DNA of 38,776 nucleotides, from the IMG/VR virus record IMGVR_UViG_2061766007_000856; one strand, written 5' to 3'. Made by a program: the position numbers and the translations under genes. This stretch comes from an uncultured virus (IMG/VR IMGVR_UViG_2061766007_000856). Lineage: Duplodnaviria > Heunggongvirae > Uroviricota > Caudoviricetes. The notes under the pieces were generated by a model. It had not been told where the DNA came from. It was given only the letters and a program-made list of their open reading frames with translations, and searched no databases. Of this stretch, positions 38,252 through 38,776 are shown in pieces (within the stretch, counting starts at the first letter, position 1; each line of letters starts with the position of its first letter).

Positions 38252-38283
38252 CGAAAAAGTCGGGAAGTCCCCGACTCTTTTCG
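38252..38283 (-). terminator. Intrinsic terminator upstream of the helicase promoter
   Basis: cgaaaaagtcggg-5nt-cccgactcttttcg inverted repeat after a stop codon. Confidence 0.7.
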
Positions 38284-38354
38284 ACTTACGTGTTCTTTTA
38301 TTCAGCAACTTCGTCCGAAACCACCATGGCGGCAGTTTCCGGTTNNNNNNNNNN

Positions 38355-38584
38355 CGAAAGGGCCAAGAAGGAATCCAAGAAGAAGGCTGCCAGCATGGCG
38401 AAGGCCCTCGGCGAAGAGGAAGAGGCACCGGAACCGGAAACTGCCGCCATGGTGGTTTCGGACGAAGTTGCTGAATAAAAGGCCACGTAAGTCGAAAAGA
38501 GTCGGGGACTTCCCGACTTTTTCGTTTATTTTGCGATTGGTTTAGTATATTTTTGCTATATTTCCGAATGTAATGAATTGTGAT
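38355..38584 (+). repeat. Gap-flanked fragment whose distal part is an inverted allelic copy of ~38192-38344; encodes a C-terminus (..RAKKESKKKAASMAKALGEEEEAPEPETAAMVVSDEVAE*), probably of UvsX
   Basis: Reverse-complement identity with few SNPs, including the terminator and promoter. Confidence 0.8.
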
Positions 38585-38594
38585 NNNNNNNNNN

Positions 38595-38776
38595 AATGCC
38601 ATTCTCACCAAGCTTGTCAGCAAGAGACCTGTTCTTGTAGGTTTCATGGACATAGTCGTTAATCGGGTCGAGGATGGTACNNNNNNNNNNGATGCCATTT
38701 TCGCCGAGCTTGTCAGCAAGAGACCGGTTCTTGTAGGTTTCATGGACATAGTCGTTAATCGGGTCAAGGATGGTAC
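38595..38776 (-). repeat. Two gap-flanked allelic fragments of the uvsX 3' region (TILDPINDYVHETYKNRSLADKLGENGI)
   Basis: Reverse complement overlaps 20683-20732 and extends it; the two copies differ only synonymously. Confidence 0.9.

Noticed and set aside
38192..38584. Long inverted repeat suggesting a mobile-element end, hairpin telomere or invertible switch
   Set aside because: Both arms abut N gaps and differ by SNPs like the other allelic fragments; no recombinase or transposase nearby
1..38776. Stop-codon recoding as in some large gut phages
   Set aside because: Coding density is high in the standard code, and TAG, TGA and TAA all terminate well-defined genes
1..38776. CRISPR array, tRNA or rRNA genes
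   Set aside because: No regularly spaced repeats; intergenic gaps are short and none shows a cloverleaf or T-loop pattern

Overview
This is a gapped, metagenome-style scaffold from a large tailed dsDNA phage with T4-like (myovirus) core genes, in the standard genetic code. The left part (1-19.5 kb) holds mostly unannotatable proteins behind a recurrent TATAAACT motif that I read as a late promoter. These include a ~2320-aa giant protein, alongside a full DnaJ and a gp25-type baseplate wedge protein with extra Ig-like/beta-rich domains. The right part (19.6-38.8 kb) is a replication/recombination module: UvsX/RecA, family B DNA polymerase, a gp45-like clamp, a second beta(DnaN)-like clamp, primase, gp32-like SSB with a bacterial-type DLPF tail, RuvC-like resolvase and gp41-like helicase. 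An island of putative late head proteins interrupts this module. Seven 10-N gaps flank near-identical allelic fragments, suggesting at least two co-assembled strains. The overlaps indicate that 20743-38344 is scaffolded in reverse orientation, so the true order is uvsX -> helicase -> ruvC ... -> pol. The most notable observations are: (i) a five-HTH/degenerate glycosyltransferase fusion inside the replication operon; (ii) two different sliding-clamp types; (iii) an inverted repeat straddling a putative late promoter that would hide a ribosome-binding site only in read-through transcripts; (iv) a set of putative late proteins sharing x-x-E-(S/A) protease-like motifs, including a tandem-duplicated possible polyprotein. 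All family assignments come from motif recognition by eye; no database search was run.
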